From an uncultured Actinomycetes bacterium (GTDB taxonomy: Bacteria; Actinomycetota; Thermoleophilia; Gaiellales; Gaiellaceae), in the NCBI GenBank assembly GCA_963817105.1, contig CAWFNA010000001.1:66711-130710 (forward strand): a DNA stretch of 64,000 nucleotides, read 5' to 3'. Positions 26,019-40,493 of the stretch are shown one piece after another (within the stretch, counting starts at the first letter, position 1; each line of letters opens with the position of its first letter). The notes beneath the pieces were generated by a model. That model did not search any database, was not told the origin of the DNA, and saw nothing but the letters and a program-made list of their open reading frames with translations. The translations under genes were made by a program, and so were the position numbers.

Positions 26019-26022
<4 letters not shown>
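24592..26022 (+). CDS. zwf: glucose-6-phosphate 1-dehydrogenase
   Basis: GTG 24592 is preceded by AAAGGGGA. Motifs: [11 protein letters not shown] (NADP site), [16 protein letters not shown] (active-site peptide). Confidence 0.9.
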
Positions 26023-27933
<1,911 letters not shown>

Positions 27934-27942
27934 GGAGGAGAC

Positions 27943-29497
27943 ATGGACGCCTACGACGTGATCATCATCGGAACGGGCGCGGGCGGCGGGACGCTCGCCC
28001 GGCACCTCGCGCCCTCCGGGAAGCGGATCCTCCTGCTCGAGCGCGGCGACTGGCTGCCGCGCGAGCCGTCGAACTGGCTCGCGCAGGACGTGTTCGTCGA
28101 CAACAAGTACGTCTCGCCCGACACGTGGTACGACGAGAGCGGTACGCCGTTCCAGCCGCAGGTCCACTACTTCGTCGGCGGTGCGACGAAGCTCTACGGC
28201 GCGGCGCTCTACCGGCTGCGGCCGAAGGACTTCGGCGAGCTCCACCACCACGACGGCATCTCGCCGGCGTGGCCGATCACCTACGACGAGCTCGAGCCGT
28301 ACTACACGCAGGCCGAGCACCTCTACGAGGTGCACGGCGCCCACGGGGAGGACCCGACCGAGGGGCCGCGCGAGCGCGCAGTACCCGTACCCGGCCGTGT
28401 CGCACGAGCCGCGGATCCAGCAGCTCCACGACGACCTCGAGGCCGAGGGCTACCACCCGTTCCACGCGCCGTGCGGGATCCGGCTGAACGAGGCGAACAT
28501 GCCCTACAGCGCCTGCGTGCGCTGCGCGAACTGCGACGGCTTCCCGTGCGCGGTGCACGGCAAGTCGGACGCCGAGGTGCTGGGCGTGCGCCCGGCGCTC
28601 GAGCACTCGAACGTCACGCTGCTCACCAACGCGAGGGCGACCAAGCTCGAGACGAACGAGGCCGGGACCGCCGTGACCGAGGTCGTCGTCGAGCGCAACG
28701 GCGACACGGAGCGCTACTCCGCCGACATCGTCGTCGTCGCCTGCGGCGCCGCGAACACGGCCGCGCTGCTGCTCTCCTCGGCGAACGACAAGCACCCGAA
28801 CGGGCTCGCCAACGGCTCCGACCAGGTCGGCCGCAACTACATGTTCCACGCGAGCTCGGCAGTGCTCGCGCTCTCACGTGAGGAGAACCCGACCGTCTTC
28901 CAGAAGACGCTCGGGCTGAACGACTTCTACTTCGGCAGCGACGAGCACGACTACCCGCTCGGGAACATCCAGATGGTCGGCAAGTCGCAGGCGCCGATGT
29001 TCCACGGCGAGAAGCCGACCGAGACGAAGCTCGCGCCGCACTGGTCGCTCGAGGCGATCGCGAAGCACGCGATCGACTTCTGGCTCTCGACCGAGGACCT
29101 GCCGCTGCCCGAGAACCGGGTGACCGTCGACGGCGAGGGACGCGTCACGCTCGCGTACAGGGCGACGAACGACAAGCCGAAGGAGGAGCTCTACAAGAAG
29201 CTGAAGTCGATTGCTGGGCAAGCTGCGCATGGAGCCCGACCACCTGTTCGGGCGGTTCGCCTACATGAAGAACGAGATCCCCGTCGCCGGCTGCGCCCAC
29301 CAGGCAGGCACCTGCCGCTTCGGCTCCGACCCGGCGACGTCGGCGCTCAACGTCGACTGCCGCGCGCACGAGGTCGACAACCTCTACGTCGTCGACACCA
29401 GCGTCTTCCCGTCGATCGGCGCGGTGAACCCGCGCTGACCGCGATGGCGAACTCGCTGCGCGTCGGCGACCACCTGCTCGGGCGGATGGGGGCTTGA
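27943..29497 (+). pseudogene. GMC-family FAD oxidoreductase with 3 apparent frameshifts
   Basis: YDVIIIGTGAGGGTLA (FAD fold). It continues in ORF 28181..29497 (CVRCANCDGFPCAVHGKSDA..., VVACGAANTAALLL), ORF 29211..29438 (HQAGTCRFG..., [15 protein letters not shown]) and a tail, [16 protein letters not shown]. Confidence 0.8.
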
Positions 29498-29504
29498 TGC
29501 GGAG

Positions 29505-30411
29505 ATGGGCTCCCGTCCGGCGAGCAGATCGAGCTCCGCGCCGGCGACCAGCGTGTCGTGGTCGTCGAGGTCGGCGCCGGGCTCCGCTCGTACACCGCCG
29601 GAGACCGGGCGATCCTCGACGGCTACGGCGAGGACGAGATGGCCCCCGCCGGGCGCGGGCAGGTGCTCATCCCCTGGCCGAACCGGCTCCAGGACGGCGC
29701 CTACGAGTTCGCGGGCACGCAGTACCGCCTCCCGCTCAACGAGCCCGAGGCCGGCAACGCGATCCACGGCCTCGTGCGCTGGGCGGCCTGGTCGGTGGGC
29801 GAGCGAGACCGAGGATCGAGTCGTGATGGAGCACACGCTGCATCCGCAGCCCGGCTATCCGTTCGCGCTCGCGCTCACGCTCGAGTACGCGCTCGTCCGA
29901 CGCCGGCCTCGCGCGTCACCTCGACCGCGACGAACGTCGGACGTGAGGCCTGTCCGTACGGGAGCGGCATGCACCCGTACCTGACCGTCGGCACGGAGAC
30001 GGTGGACACGGTCGTCCTGCGCGCGCCCGGGCGAACCGTGCTGCAGACCGACGCGCGGGGGATCCCGGTGGGCGCCGCGCCGGTGGAGGGCACCGAGTAC
30101 GACTTCAGGCAGCCGAGGGCGATCGGCTCGACGAGGCTCGACAACGCGTACACCGACCTCGAGCGCGACGACGACGGGCGCGCCCGGGTGGAGCTTCGGC
30201 ATCCGGACGACGGGAGCACCCTCTCGGTCTGGCTCGGCGAGGGCTACCGGTACCTGGAGCTGTTCACCGGCGACTCGCAGCCGAGCGTCGACCGCCGGAG
30301 CCTCGCCGTCGAGCCGATGACCTGCCCGCCGAACGCGTTCCGGAGCGGGGAGGGCGTGCTCGTGCTCGAGCCCGGGCGAGTCGACGACGGCCGAATGGGG
30401 GATCCAGGTAT
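29505..30411 (+). pseudogene. aldose 1-epimerase-family protein with about 5 apparent frameshifts
   Basis: GEQIELRAGDQRVVVVEVGAGLRSY..., GRGQVLIPWPNRLQDG, NAIHGLVRW, HPQPGYPF, GSGMHPYL, LAVEPMTCPPNAF. The inferred end, ESTTAEWGIQV*, overlaps the next ATG. Confidence 0.7.
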
Positions 30412-30790
30412 GAGCGACGACGATCTTGCGGTCGCAAGGCAGTTCCTCGAGGCGCTCGCAGCGGCAGCCAGGACGGGCGACCACGACGGCCTCTATCCGC
30501 TGCTCGCTCCCGACGTGGAGTGGCTGACACCGCTGCGCAACCTGCACGGCGTCGGGGAGGTGCGCGATCAGCCGTCGTGGCCCTGGATCGCGCCGCGGAC
30601 GAGCCTCGAGATCGACTTCGAGGAGAAGGAGACGACCGATCTCGGCGGCGGCCGGATCGTCTCGGACTTCCGCGAGGTCTACCGGACGAAGAGCACGGGC
30701 GACTTCGCCTACGCGCGCGACCGCCGGATCGAGCTGACGATCCGAGGGGACAAGGTCGCCCGCTACGAGCTGAGGTTCGACGGCTCATGA
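30410..30790 (+). CDS. NTF2/SnoaL-like small protein
   Basis: MSDDDLAVARQFLEALAAAARTGDHDGLYPLLAPDVEWLTP... (126 aa). The ATG overlaps the inferred epimerase stop, and its own stop overlaps the ndh ATG (ATGA). Confidence 0.55.
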   Translation: MSDDDLAVARQFLEALAAAARTGDHDGLYPLLAPDVEWLTPLRNLHGVGEVRDQPSWPWIAPRTSLEIDFEEKETTDLGGGRIVSDFREVYRTKSTGDFAYARDRRIELTIRGDKVARYELRFDGS

Positions 30791-32048
30791 CGAACGAGCG
30801 TCCACGCGTCCTGATCCTCGGCGGCGGCTTCGCCGGCGTCGGCGCCGCCAAGAAGCTCGAGCAAGCGGACGCCGAGGTCGTCCTCGTCGACCGCCACGAC
30901 TACCACACCTTCCAGCCGCTGCTCTACCAGCTGGCGACCGGCCTGCTCGAGACGACCGGCGGTCGGCCACTCCCTGCGCGACCTGGTCGCACGACAGGAC
31001 AACACGACCGTGCACCAGGCGACCGTCACCGCCGTCGACCTCGACGCGCGACAGGTCAGCTTCGACGAGCATCGCGCCGCTGGGCTACGACTACCTCGTC
31101 CTCGGGCTGGGCGCCGAGGTCAACTTCTTCGGCACCGAGGGCGCCGCCGAGCACGCGTTCCCGATGTACACGCTGCCGCACGCCGTCCACCTGAAGGATC
31201 ACCTGCTCGAGCGCTGGGAGGCCGCCGACCGCGATCCGAGCCTGATCGAGGACGGCGCGCTCAACGTCGTCGTCGTCGGCGGCGGCCCGACCGGGCGTGG
31301 AGACCGCGGGCGCGGTCGCCGAGCTCTACCGCGCCTCCTTCGCCAAGGACTACCCGTCGATCCCGCAGGACCAGGCGCGCGTGATCCTGGTCGAGGCCGG
31401 GCCGGAGCTGTTCTCGATGTTCAAGCCGAAGCTCCGCGAGTACGCGACGAAGGCGCTCACCGAGCGCACGGTCGAGGTGATGACCGGCGCGCTGGTCGCG
31501 TCGGTCTCGCCCACGCGGGTGACGCTCAAGTCCGGAGAGGAGCTGAAGGCGCACACCCTCGTCTGGGGCGCCGGCCTCCAGGGCAACAAGCTCGTCCAGT
31601 CGCTCGGGATCGAGCTGGAGCGCGGCAACCGCATCGGGGTCGGGCCCGACCTCACGCTTCCCGACCACCCCGAGGTCTACGTGCTCGGCGACGTCGCGGC
31701 GATCACGGACGCCAAGACGAAGCAGGTCCTGCCACAGCTCGGGTCGGTCGCGCTCCAGTCCGGCGAGCACGCGGGGGAGACGATCGCCCGGCGGATCGCC
31801 GGCAAGGAGCCCAAGCCGTTCGAGTACAAGGACAAGGGCACGATGGCGATGATCGGGCGCGGCGCCGCGGTCGTGCAGATGCTCGGCGGCCGCACGATGA
31901 CGGGGAAGAAGGCGCAGGCGGCCTGGGGCGACGGTGCACCTCGCGCTGCTGCCGACGAACGAGGACCGCGCGAAGGCCATCGTCGACTGGGCCGGAAGCC
32001 GCGTTCACCCATCAACGCGTCGGCAGGATCACCGTGGAAGATGACTAG
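30787..32048 (+). pseudogene. ndh: type II NADH dehydrogenase (NDH-2) with about 5 apparent frameshifts
   Basis: RVLILGGGFAGVGAAKKL, DRHDYHTFQPLLYQLATG, VVVGGGPTG-VETAGA (second dinucleotide fold; the shift sits in a GGG run near 31293), VWGAGLQG, VLGDVA. Confidence 0.85.
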
Positions 32049-33474
32049 GTGGTGAGCGTGATCCTCGCGTCATCGACCGTGGACCTCGCGCGGGCGCAGT
32101 TCGCGACGACGTCGCTCTACCACTTCCTGTTCGTGCCGCTGACGCTCGGGCCTCGGCCCGATCGTGGCGACCTTCCAGACGCTCTGGTACCGGACGGGGA
32201 ACGAGGCGTGGCTGCGGCTGACGCGCTTCTTCGGGACGCTCTTCCTGATCAACTTCGCGATCGGCGTCGCGACCGGGCTCGTGCAGGAGTTCCAGTTCGG
32301 GATGAACTGGTCGGTCTACTCGCGCTTCGTCGGCAACGTCTTCGGCGCGCCGCTCGCGATCGAGGGCCTCGCCGCGTTCATGCTCGAGTCGACGTTCCTC
32401 GGCCTCTGGATCTTCGGCTGGAACCGGCTCTCGCCGCGCCTGCACCTGGCCACGCTCTGGATCGCCGTCCTCGGAACCTGGATGTCGGCGTACTTCATCC
32501 TCGTCGCGAACTCGTTCATGCAGGACCCGGTCGGCTACAAGATCGTGAACGGCGAGGCGCAGCTCACGAGCGTCTGGAAGCTGCTGTCGAGCGACTGGGC
32601 GCTGTGGGCGTTCGGCCACACGATCTTCGCCGGGCTGACCGCCGGCGCGGCCGTCGTCTTCGGCGTCTGCTGCTGGCAGCTCGCCCGCGAGGCGAAACCA
32701 GGAGGTCTTCCTGCGCGGCGCGAAGGTGGCGCTGATCGTCCTCGTCCCGATCGCGTGCCTCAACCTCTGGTTCGGCAGCCACTTCGGGATCCTGGTCACC
32801 GAGCTGCAGCCGATGAAGATCTCGGCCGCCGAGGCGCTCTGGAACACCGAGCAGCCGGCGTCCTTCTCGCTCTTCCAGATCGGCGGCTTCACGCAGAGCG
32901 ACCGAGACGCCGAGCTTCAGCATCGAGGTCCCCGATCTCCTCTCGTACCTCTCGACCGGCTCGTTCAACGGCAAGGTCGTGGGCCTGAACCAGCTCAACC
33001 AGCAGTACGAGAAGCATGTACGGGCGCGGGCAACTACGTGCCGCCGGTCCAGCGCGATCTACTGGAGCATGCGCGTGATGGCGTACGCCGGCTCGCTGGT
33101 CGCGCTCGTCGCGATCCTCGGCGCGTTCCTGCTACTGGAAGCGCAGGCTCGAACGGCTCCGCTGGTTCCTGTGGGTCGGCGTCGGCGACGACGTTCCTGC
33201 CGTTCATCGCCTGCCTCGCCGGCTGGTGCCTGACCGAGATCGGACGGCAGCCGTGGATCGTCCAGGGCCTGCTCAAGACGCGACCAGGCGAACTCGCCGA
33301 ACGTGAGCACGACCTGGCTCGCGATCAGCCTCAGCGTCTTCGTCGACGCTCTACCTGATCCTGCTCGTCGTCGACATCTGGCTGATGCGGCGGTACGCGA
33401 ACCTCGACCCGTCGAGCGAGCCGGAGCACGGCGGCGAGGTCACGCCCGGGCCTGCGCCGGTGGTGGGCTACTGA
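32049..33474 (+). pseudogene. cydA: cytochrome bd ubiquinol oxidase subunit I with about 9 apparent frameshifts
   Basis: DLARAQFATTSLYHFLFVPLTLG, GLVQEFQFGMNWSVYSRFVGNVFGAPLAIEGLAAFMLESTFLGLWIFGW, QPMKISAAEALW (Q-loop), TEIGRQPWIVQGLLKT. The pieces are spread over all three frames. Confidence 0.9.
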
Positions 33475-34533
33475 TGGATCTCCAGATCCTCTGGTTCGTG
33501 CTCATCGCCTTCCTCTGGTCCGGCTACTTCCTGCTCGAGGGATTCGACTTCGGCGTCGGGATGCTGCTGCCGTTCCTGCCGCGCAACGAGTCCGAGCAGG
33601 CGCGCGATGTTCGGGACGATCGGGCCGGTCTGGGACGGCAACGAGGTGTGGCTCGTGGTCGCCGGCGGCGCGACCTTCGCCGCGTTCCCGGCGTGGTACG
33701 CGTCGATGTTCTCCGGGCTTCTACATCGCGCTGCTGCTCGTGCTCTTCTTCCTGATCGTCCGCGTGGTCTCGTTCGAGTGGCGCGCGAAGAGCGACGAGC
33801 CCGCGCTGGCGCACGATCTGGCTGTGGGCGAACACGGTCGGCAGCTTCGGCGCGTCGCTCATCTGGGGCGTCGGGCCTCTCGGCCCTCCTCTACGGCGTG
33901 CCGCTCGACTCGAACGGCGACTTCACCGGCACCTTCTGGGACCTCTTCAGCCGGTACACGATCCTCGCCGGCCTCGCGGTCGTCGCCGTCTTCGCCTTCC
34001 ACGGCGCGACGTTCCTCACGCTCCGGACGACCGGTGAGCTGTGCGAGCGCGCCGGCCGCGCGGCCCGGCGGCTCTCGCTCCCGGCCGTCGTCGCTCGGCG
34101 CCGGCTTCCTCGTCTCGACGGTCGTCGTCGCCGTGCAGCGCAACGACAAGGACGTCTTCCCGCCGGTCCTGCCGGCCGCGATCGGGATCGCGCGCGCTCG
34201 TGCTCGCGGCGTTCCTCACTCGCAGGCGGAGCGGCTGGGCGTTCGCGACGACCGCGGTCGGGACGGTCGCCGCCGTCGCGACGCTGTTCACGAGCCTGTA
34301 TCCGCGCGTGATGGTCTCCGACCCGAACTTCGGCAACAGCCTCACGGTCGAGAACGCCGCGTCGGCGCACTACACGCTCGCGGTGATGAGCGTCGTGGCG
34401 CTGATCGTCGACGCCGGTCGTCCTCCTCTACCAGGGCTGGACGTACCGCGTCTTCCGCCACCGGCTCGGCGGCGACGAGCCGACGCCGGAGTCCGAGCCG
34501 GGCCCCGAGCTGCGCGCGCAGCCCGAGGGCTAG
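33474..34533 (+). pseudogene. cydB: cytochrome bd ubiquinol oxidase subunit II with about 7 apparent frameshifts
   Basis: The ATG overlaps the cydA stop (TGATG). Motifs: MDLQILWFVLIAFLWSGYFLLEGFDFGVGMLLPF, GPVWDGNEVWLVVAGGATFAAFP, VVLLYQGWTYRVF. Confidence 0.85.
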
Positions 34534-34536
34534 GCC

Positions 34537-36219
34537 GTGCGGGCGCTCGACCCGCGCCTCGTCCGCCGCGCCCGGCCGGTCCGCGTGCTGCTCGGCGTCG
34601 ACGCGGGGCTCGGCCTCGCGACCGCGCTGCTCGTGCTCGTCCAGGCGACGCTGCTCGCGCACATCGTCGCTCGCGCGTTCCGCGGCGCGTCGCTCGGCGC
34701 GCTCGCGACCGACCTCGTCCTGTTCGCGCTCGCCTTCGCCGCTACGCGGCGCTCTCGCGTGGGGCTTCGAGGTCGCGGGCTCGCGCGCCGCGGCCGACGT
34801 GCTCTCCGAGCTCCGGCTCGAGCTCGTCGCGCGGCGGCTCCGCGCGCAGCCGGCGGCGCTCGACGGCGTCGAGGCGGCGGAGATCGCCGCGGCCGGCGTC
34901 CAGGGCGTCGACGGGCTCGCTGCGTACTTCGGGCGCTACCTGCCGCAGGTCGTGCTCGCGTGCGTCGTGCCGCTCGCCGTGCTCGGCTGGGTCGCCGCCG
35001 TCGACCTCACCTCGGCGCTCGTGATGCTCCTGACCCTGCCGCTCGTGCCGGTGTTCATGTGGCTGATCGGCCGCTACACCGAGGAGCGCACGCGCGAGCG
35101 CTGGCTGGCGCTCCGGCTCCTCTCGACCCACTTCCTCGACGTCGTGCGCGGGCTGCCGACGCTGCGGCTGCTGAACCGCGAGCCGCGCTCAGGCCGAGCG
35201 GATCGGCGAGGTGAGCGAGCAGTACCGGCGCGCGACGATGGGGACGCTGCGCGTCGGGTTCCTCTCGGGCTCGGTGCTCGAGCTGGCGGCGACGCTCGGC
35301 GTCGCGCTCGTCGCCGTGACGGTCGGCGTGCGGCTCGTCGACGGCGGGCTCGGCCTCCAGGCCGGGCTGACGGTGCTCGTGCTCGCGCCCGAGCTCTACC
35401 TGCCGCTGCGCCAGCTCGGCGCGCAGTTCCACGCGAGCGCGGACGGGCTCGCGGTCGCCGACCGGATCCTCGCCCTCGCTCGACGCGCCGGCCGAGGTCG
35501 GCTCCGGCGGAGCGCTCTCGGCGCCCTCGCCGGCGGCCGCCGCGGTGCGCTTCGAGGGCGTGTCGTTCGCGTACCCGGCGCGGCCCGGGCTCGTGCTCGA
35601 CGGGCTCGACCTGGAGCTCGCCCCGGGCGAGACGGTCGCGCTCGTCGGCGAGAGCGGCGCCGGCAAGAGCACGGTCGCGAGCCTGCTCCTCCGTCTCGCC
35701 GAGCCGACGGCCGGGCGCGTGACCGTCGGCGGCGTCGACCTCGCCGCGCTGCGACACGGACGCCTGGCGCCGTCAGCTCGCGTGGGTGCCGCAGCACCCG
35801 ACGATCTTCCGCGGGACGGTCGCGGACAACATCCGGCTCGGCCGACCGGACGCGGGCGACGCGGCGGTTCGCGACGCGGCCGAGCTCGCCGGCGCCGACG
35901 GGTTCGTCGGGGCGCTGCCCGACGGCTACGAGACGCTCGTCGGCGACGGCGGCCGGCCGCTCTCGGCCGGCGAGCGCCGGCGGATCGCGCTCGCGCGCGC
36001 GTTCCTGCGCGACGCGCCGCTCGTCGTCCTCGACGAGCCGACCGCCGATCTCGATCGCGAGAGCGCCGAGCTCGTCGGCCGAGGCGGTCGAGCGGCTCCG
36101 CCGCGGCCGCACCGTGCTCGCTGATCGCGCACCGGCCCGAGCTCGCCGCGCGCGCCGACCGCGTCGTCGTGCTCGAGGGCGGCCGGGCGGCCGTCGGCTC
36201 CGGGCGGGAGGCGGCATGA
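34537..36219 (+). pseudogene. cydD: thiol reductant ABC exporter subunit CydD with about 6 apparent frameshifts
   Basis: 6-TM domain followed by an NBD: GESGAGKST (Walker A), [15 protein letters not shown] (signature), [12 protein letters not shown] (Walker B). Confidence 0.8.
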
Positions 36220-37889
36220 CGCCGACGCGCCGCCGGCTGCTCGCGCTCGCGGGGGCGCCGCGCCGGCGCGTCGCGCTCTCGGTCGGGCTCGGCGCCGCGA
36301 CGGTGCTCTGCGGCGTCGGGCTGATGGCGACGGCCGGCTACCTGATCTCGCGCGCCGCCGAGCGGCCGGCCGTGCTCTCGCTCGACGGTCGCGATCGTCT
36401 GCGTGCGCTTCTTCGGCCTCGCGCGCCCGCTCGCGCGCTACCTCGAGCGGCTCGCCTCGCACGACCTCGCCCTCCGCGCGCTCGGCCGCGCGCGCGTGCG
36501 CGTCTACGAGCGCGTCGAGCCGCTCGCGCCCGCCCAGCTCGAGGGCTACCGGCGCGGCGACCTGCTCTCGCGGCTGGTCGCCGACGTCGACTCGCTCCAG
36601 AACCTGCACCTGCGCGGCGTCGGGCCGCCGCTCGTCGCGCTCGTCTCGGGCGCGGTCTCGGTCGCCGTCACGGCCGCGTTCCTGCCGGCCGCGGCGGTCG
36701 TCCTCGCCGCCGGGCTCCTCGCCGGCGGGATCGCCGTGCCGGCGGTCGCCGGCGCGCTCGGCCGGCGGGCGGGCGCGGCTCGAGGCGGCTGCGCGCGGCG
36801 AGCTCTCGGCCGAGCTCGTCGAGACTCGTCCGCGGCGCGCCGGAGCTCGCGGTCTACGGCGCGCGAGGACGAGCGCCTGGGCCGGCTGCGCGAGGCCGAC
36901 CGCACGCTCGTCCGCCTCGCCCGGCGCGCGGCGCTCGCCGACGGCGCCGGCGACGGGCTGAGGCTCGTCGTCACCGGCGCGACCGTCGCCGGCGTGCTCG
37001 CCGTCGCCGTCTCGGCGCACGCGGCGGGACATCTCGACCGCGTCCTGATCGCGATGCTCGCGCTGCTCGCGCTCGCGTCGTTCGAGGCCGTGCAGCCGCT
37101 CTCGCAGGCCGCGCGCGAGCTGGCCGAGACGCTCGCGGCCGGGCGGCGGCTGCTCGAGCTGACCGACCGCGAGCCGGCGGTCGTCGACCCGGCCGAGCCC
37201 GCTGCCGCTTCCGGCGGAGCCGTTCGCGGTCGCGCTCGAGGGCGTTCGCGCGCGCTACGCGCCGGGCGAGCCGCCGGCGCTCGACGGCTTCGACCTCCGG
37301 CTCGAGCCGGGCCGGCGGGTCGCGCTCGTCGGCCCGAGCGGCGCCGGCAAGACGACGGTCGACGAACCTGCTCGTCCGCTTCCTCGACCCCGAGGCGGGC
37401 CGCGTCACGCTCGGCGGCCGCGACCTGCGCGAGTACCGGCAGGAGGACGTCCGCCGCGCGATCGCCGTCGCGGGCCAGGACTCGCACCTCTTCTCGACGA
37501 CGATCCGCGAGAACGTCCGCCTCGGCGCGACCGATGCGACCGACGACGAGATCGAGGACGCGCTCCGGCGCGCGCGGATCCTGGACTGGGTGCGCGGCCT
37601 GCCGGACGGCTGGGACACGCTCGTCGGCGAGGAGGGCCGCGAGCTCTCCGGCGGGCAGCGCCAGCGCCTCGTCGTCGCGCGCGCGCTCCTCGCCGGACGC
37701 GCCGGTGCTCGTGCTCGACGAGCCGACGGCGCACCTCGACACCGCCGACGGCCGAGCGGCTGATCGACGGACGTGCTCGACGCGGCCGGCGACCGCTCGG
37801 TGCTGCTGATCACGCATCGCCCCGAAGGGCTCGACCGGATGGACGAGGTCGTGGCGCTGCCGGCAGGCGCAGCGCCGCGCCGCGCGTAG
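36216..37889 (+). pseudogene. cydC: thiol reductant ABC exporter subunit CydC with about 7 apparent frameshifts
   Basis: The ATG overlaps the cydD stop (ATGA). TM domain followed by GPSGAGKTT, LSGGQRQRLVVARALL, VLVLDEPTAHLD. Confidence 0.8.
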
Positions 37890-38686
37890 TGTTCTTCTCG
37901 CTTCCGACCTGGGCGCTCGCACTCGTCATCCTGGCGATTGTCGGAGCGGCGGCGGCTGTCGGCTATGCGACGGGCTACTACCTGCGCGAGCACGAGGCGA
38001 AGGTGCGCGAGCCCTTCGGCGTGCTCCAGGCAGCCATCCTGGGCGTCGTCGGCCTGCTCCTTGCCTTCGGGCTCACGCTCGCGGTCGGGCGGTACGAAGA
38101 CCGGCGCGCGGCCGCGGTCACCGAGGCGAACGCGATCGAAACGACGTATCTCCGCGCCCAGCTCGTCGCCGAGCCCGCGCGGACCAGGTCGCTCGTCCTC
38201 CTTCGCCGCTACACCGACCTCGCCCTGCAGGTCTACAGGGAGATACCGGGCAGTCCCGGCATGCGACGCACGACCGGAGCCGAGGACGTCCTCCAGCGGC
38301 GGCTGTGGGGCCTCGCCGGGCAGGCGATCGGCGGCGCGCCGCTCGCGAGTGCGCCGCGGCTCTACGTCGACAGCCTCAACTCGACGTTCGACGCACAGGC
38401 TGCACGCCTCGCTGGGCTCATGAACCGCGTTCCGGGCGCCGTGCTGGCGCTCGAGGTCTTCGGCGCCGCCGCGGCTCTCGGCGTGCTCGCCCTGCACATC
38501 TCGATCCTCGGTCGCGGGCTCATGCCGCTGGTCGTGACCGGCGCGCTCGTCACGCTCCTGCTGCTCGTGACCTTCGATCTCGACCGCCCGACCCGCGGGC
38601 TCATCGACGTCCCGTCCGCGCCGCTCGCCGCGGTCCGTGCGTCGATGGTGCTGCCTCCCGCGGCAAGTGGGCCGACCCAGCCGTGA
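37889..38686 (+). CDS. DUF4239-like membrane protein
   Basis: 265 aa. The GTG overlaps the cydC stop by 1 nt. TM - soluble region - 2 TM layout (EANAIETTYLRAQL...; C-terminal FDLDRPTRGLI). It is a paralog of 39642..40472. Confidence 0.55.
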   Translation: MFFSLPTWALALVILAIVGAAAAVGYATGYYLREHEAKVREPFGVLQAAILGVVGLLLAFGLTLAVGRYEDRRAAAVTEANAIETTYLRAQLVAEPARTRSLVLLRRYTDLALQVYREIPGSPGMRRTTGAEDVLQRRLWGLAGQAIGGAPLASAPRLYVDSLNSTFDAQAARLAGLMNRVPGAVLALEVFGAAAALGVLALHISILGRGLMPLVVTGALVTLLLLVTFDLDRPTRGLIDVPSAPLAAVRASMVLPPAASGPTQP

Positions 38687-38731
38687 GACGGCGATGAGCA
38701 TGCGCAGGAGCGCGGCCTAGCCGACGGTCCG

Positions 38732-39622
38732 GTGCTTCAGCTTCGCGTCTACGGAGATTCGGCCGCGATGGCTGTCGTCGCGGAGAGGCTCGAGTCTCTC
38801 CCGGGGCGCGGCACGTGAGCTTGGTCGAGACGACGCGGGACGGGGATGCGCTCGTGAGCGCGGACCTCCGCCCCGATGCGGCCGATCGTGCCCTTGCGAC
38901 GCTCGAGTCGCTCGGCGTGTCGGCCGACGACATCACGCTGGTGCAGCTCGACACGATCGCGCTCGCGGGTGGAGCGGGCGACGTGACGGGTCTCATCTGG
39001 GCGGACGTGCTCGGCCGGGCACGCCTCCAGGCGCGAGCGCCGGGCCGCTACCTCGTCCTGATGGCGGCGGCCGGCGTCATCGCCGGCCTCGCCGTCCTCA
39101 ACGACAGCCCGACGCTGATCGTCGGCGCGATGGCCATCAGCCCCGACCTGCTTCCCGTGACCGCTGCCTGCACCGGGCTCGTCTTTCGCCGCCGACGGCT
39201 CGTCGTGCGCGGGCTCGCGGCGCTGATCGTCGGCCTCGGCGTCGCCGGTCTCCTCGCCGCAGGGGTGGCCGCCCTGCTCGACGGGCTCGGGCGGCTCCCG
39301 GAGGGGTTCAGCCTCGGCGAGTTCTCGGCCGCGCAGACCCACGTCAACGCGACCACGATTCTCGTCGCTTTCGCCGCCGGCGTCGCCGGGATGCTCGCGG
39401 TCGAGACGCGGGCGAGCGCTGCGGTCGGCGTCGCGATCTCGGTCACCACCATCCCGGCGGCCGCCTATCTCGGCGTCGCACTCGGGATCGGCGAGCTTCG
39501 AGAAGTCGTTGTCCGGCCTCGCAGTGCTGGGCGCGAACGTGGCGATGATGCTGATCGGCGGGTCGATCGCCCTCGCAGTCCAGCGAGCCATGGCGTCGAC
39601 TCCCTCGATCGCGGGAGGATGA
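38732..39622 (+). pseudogene. DUF389 (TIGR00341) membrane protein with 2 apparent frameshifts
   Basis: VLQLRVYGDSAAMAVVAERLESLPG / ARHVSLVETTRDG... (shift near 38800). Multi-TM core as in ORF 38815..39645. The tail SLSGLAVLGANVAMMLIGGSIALAVQR is in another frame (shift near 39500). Confidence 0.6.
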
Positions 39623-39641
39623 GTGAGGCGGTGATGGCGCG

Positions 39642-40472
39642 GTGAATCTCGTGTGGGCGGGCCTCATCGTCCTCGGCGTCGCCGCAGTGGCGATCGCGGC
39701 GATGCTGCTCGTCCGCCGAGGTGCCCCTGAGGGCAGCTACTTCGAGGATGGCGATCGCGCGTCCGGGATCTTCGGCGTCCTTGCCACCGGCTTCGCCGTG
39801 CTGATCGGATTCGTCGTCTTCCTCTCCTTCGAGAGCTTCGACACGTCGCGCAGCGGCGCCGAAGCAGAGGCGCGGACCGTGGTGCAGCAGTTCGAGACCG
39901 CGCAGTTCCTGCCTGTCGCCGTGCGAGCGCGGCTCTCCGGTGATCTCGTCTGCTATGCGCGCGCGGTGATCTACCAGGAGTGGCCGCGGATGCAATCCGG
40001 CACTCTCGGCGATTCGAGGAACCCGTGGAGCCTGGCGATGCTGCGCACCTTGCGGACGACGGAGCCACGCTCGGCGTCGGAGCAGACGGCCTACGCCAAG
40101 TGGTTCGATCAGCGATCCGACCGAGAGGACGGGCGCGCGGACCGCATCCACGGCGCCGAAGGAGTGATCCCACTTCCGGTCTGGATCGTCCTCCTCCTCG
40201 CCTCCGGCGTCATCTTCGTCTACATGATGTTCTTCGCCGACAGCGCCGAGCGGGCGATCGTGCAGGCGACGATGATGGGCGGCGTCGCGGTCGTCATCAC
40301 ATCGACGCTGCTGTTGCTGGTGTTCCTCGACCATCCCTACGAGTCGGGAGTGGGCGGTCTCCGCCCGGTGGCCATGAAGCGCGCGCTCACGCAGATTCGG
40401 CAGGAACGGGCGTTTGCGCGGGAGAGGATCATCGTCCCGTGCGACTCGAAGGGGATCGCGCAAGGAGCCTGA
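39642..40472 (+). CDS. DUF4239-like membrane protein (second copy)
   Basis: 276 aa with the same architecture as 37889..38686 (EARTVVQQFETAQFLP...; LDHPYESGVGGL). Confidence 0.55.
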   Translation: MNLVWAGLIVLGVAAVAIAAMLLVRRGAPEGSYFEDGDRASGIFGVLATGFAVLIGFVVFLSFESFDTSRSGAEAEARTVVQQFETAQFLPVAVRARLSGDLVCYARAVIYQEWPRMQSGTLGDSRNPWSLAMLRTLRTTEPRSASEQTAYAKWFDQRSDREDGRADRIHGAEGVIPLPVWIVLLLASGVIFVYMMFFADSAERAIVQATMMGGVAVVITSTLLLLVFLDHPYESGVGGLRPVAMKRALTQIRQERAFARERIIVPCDSKGIAQGA

Positions 40473-40493
40473 GTCGGCAAAAGGAGTGAGACG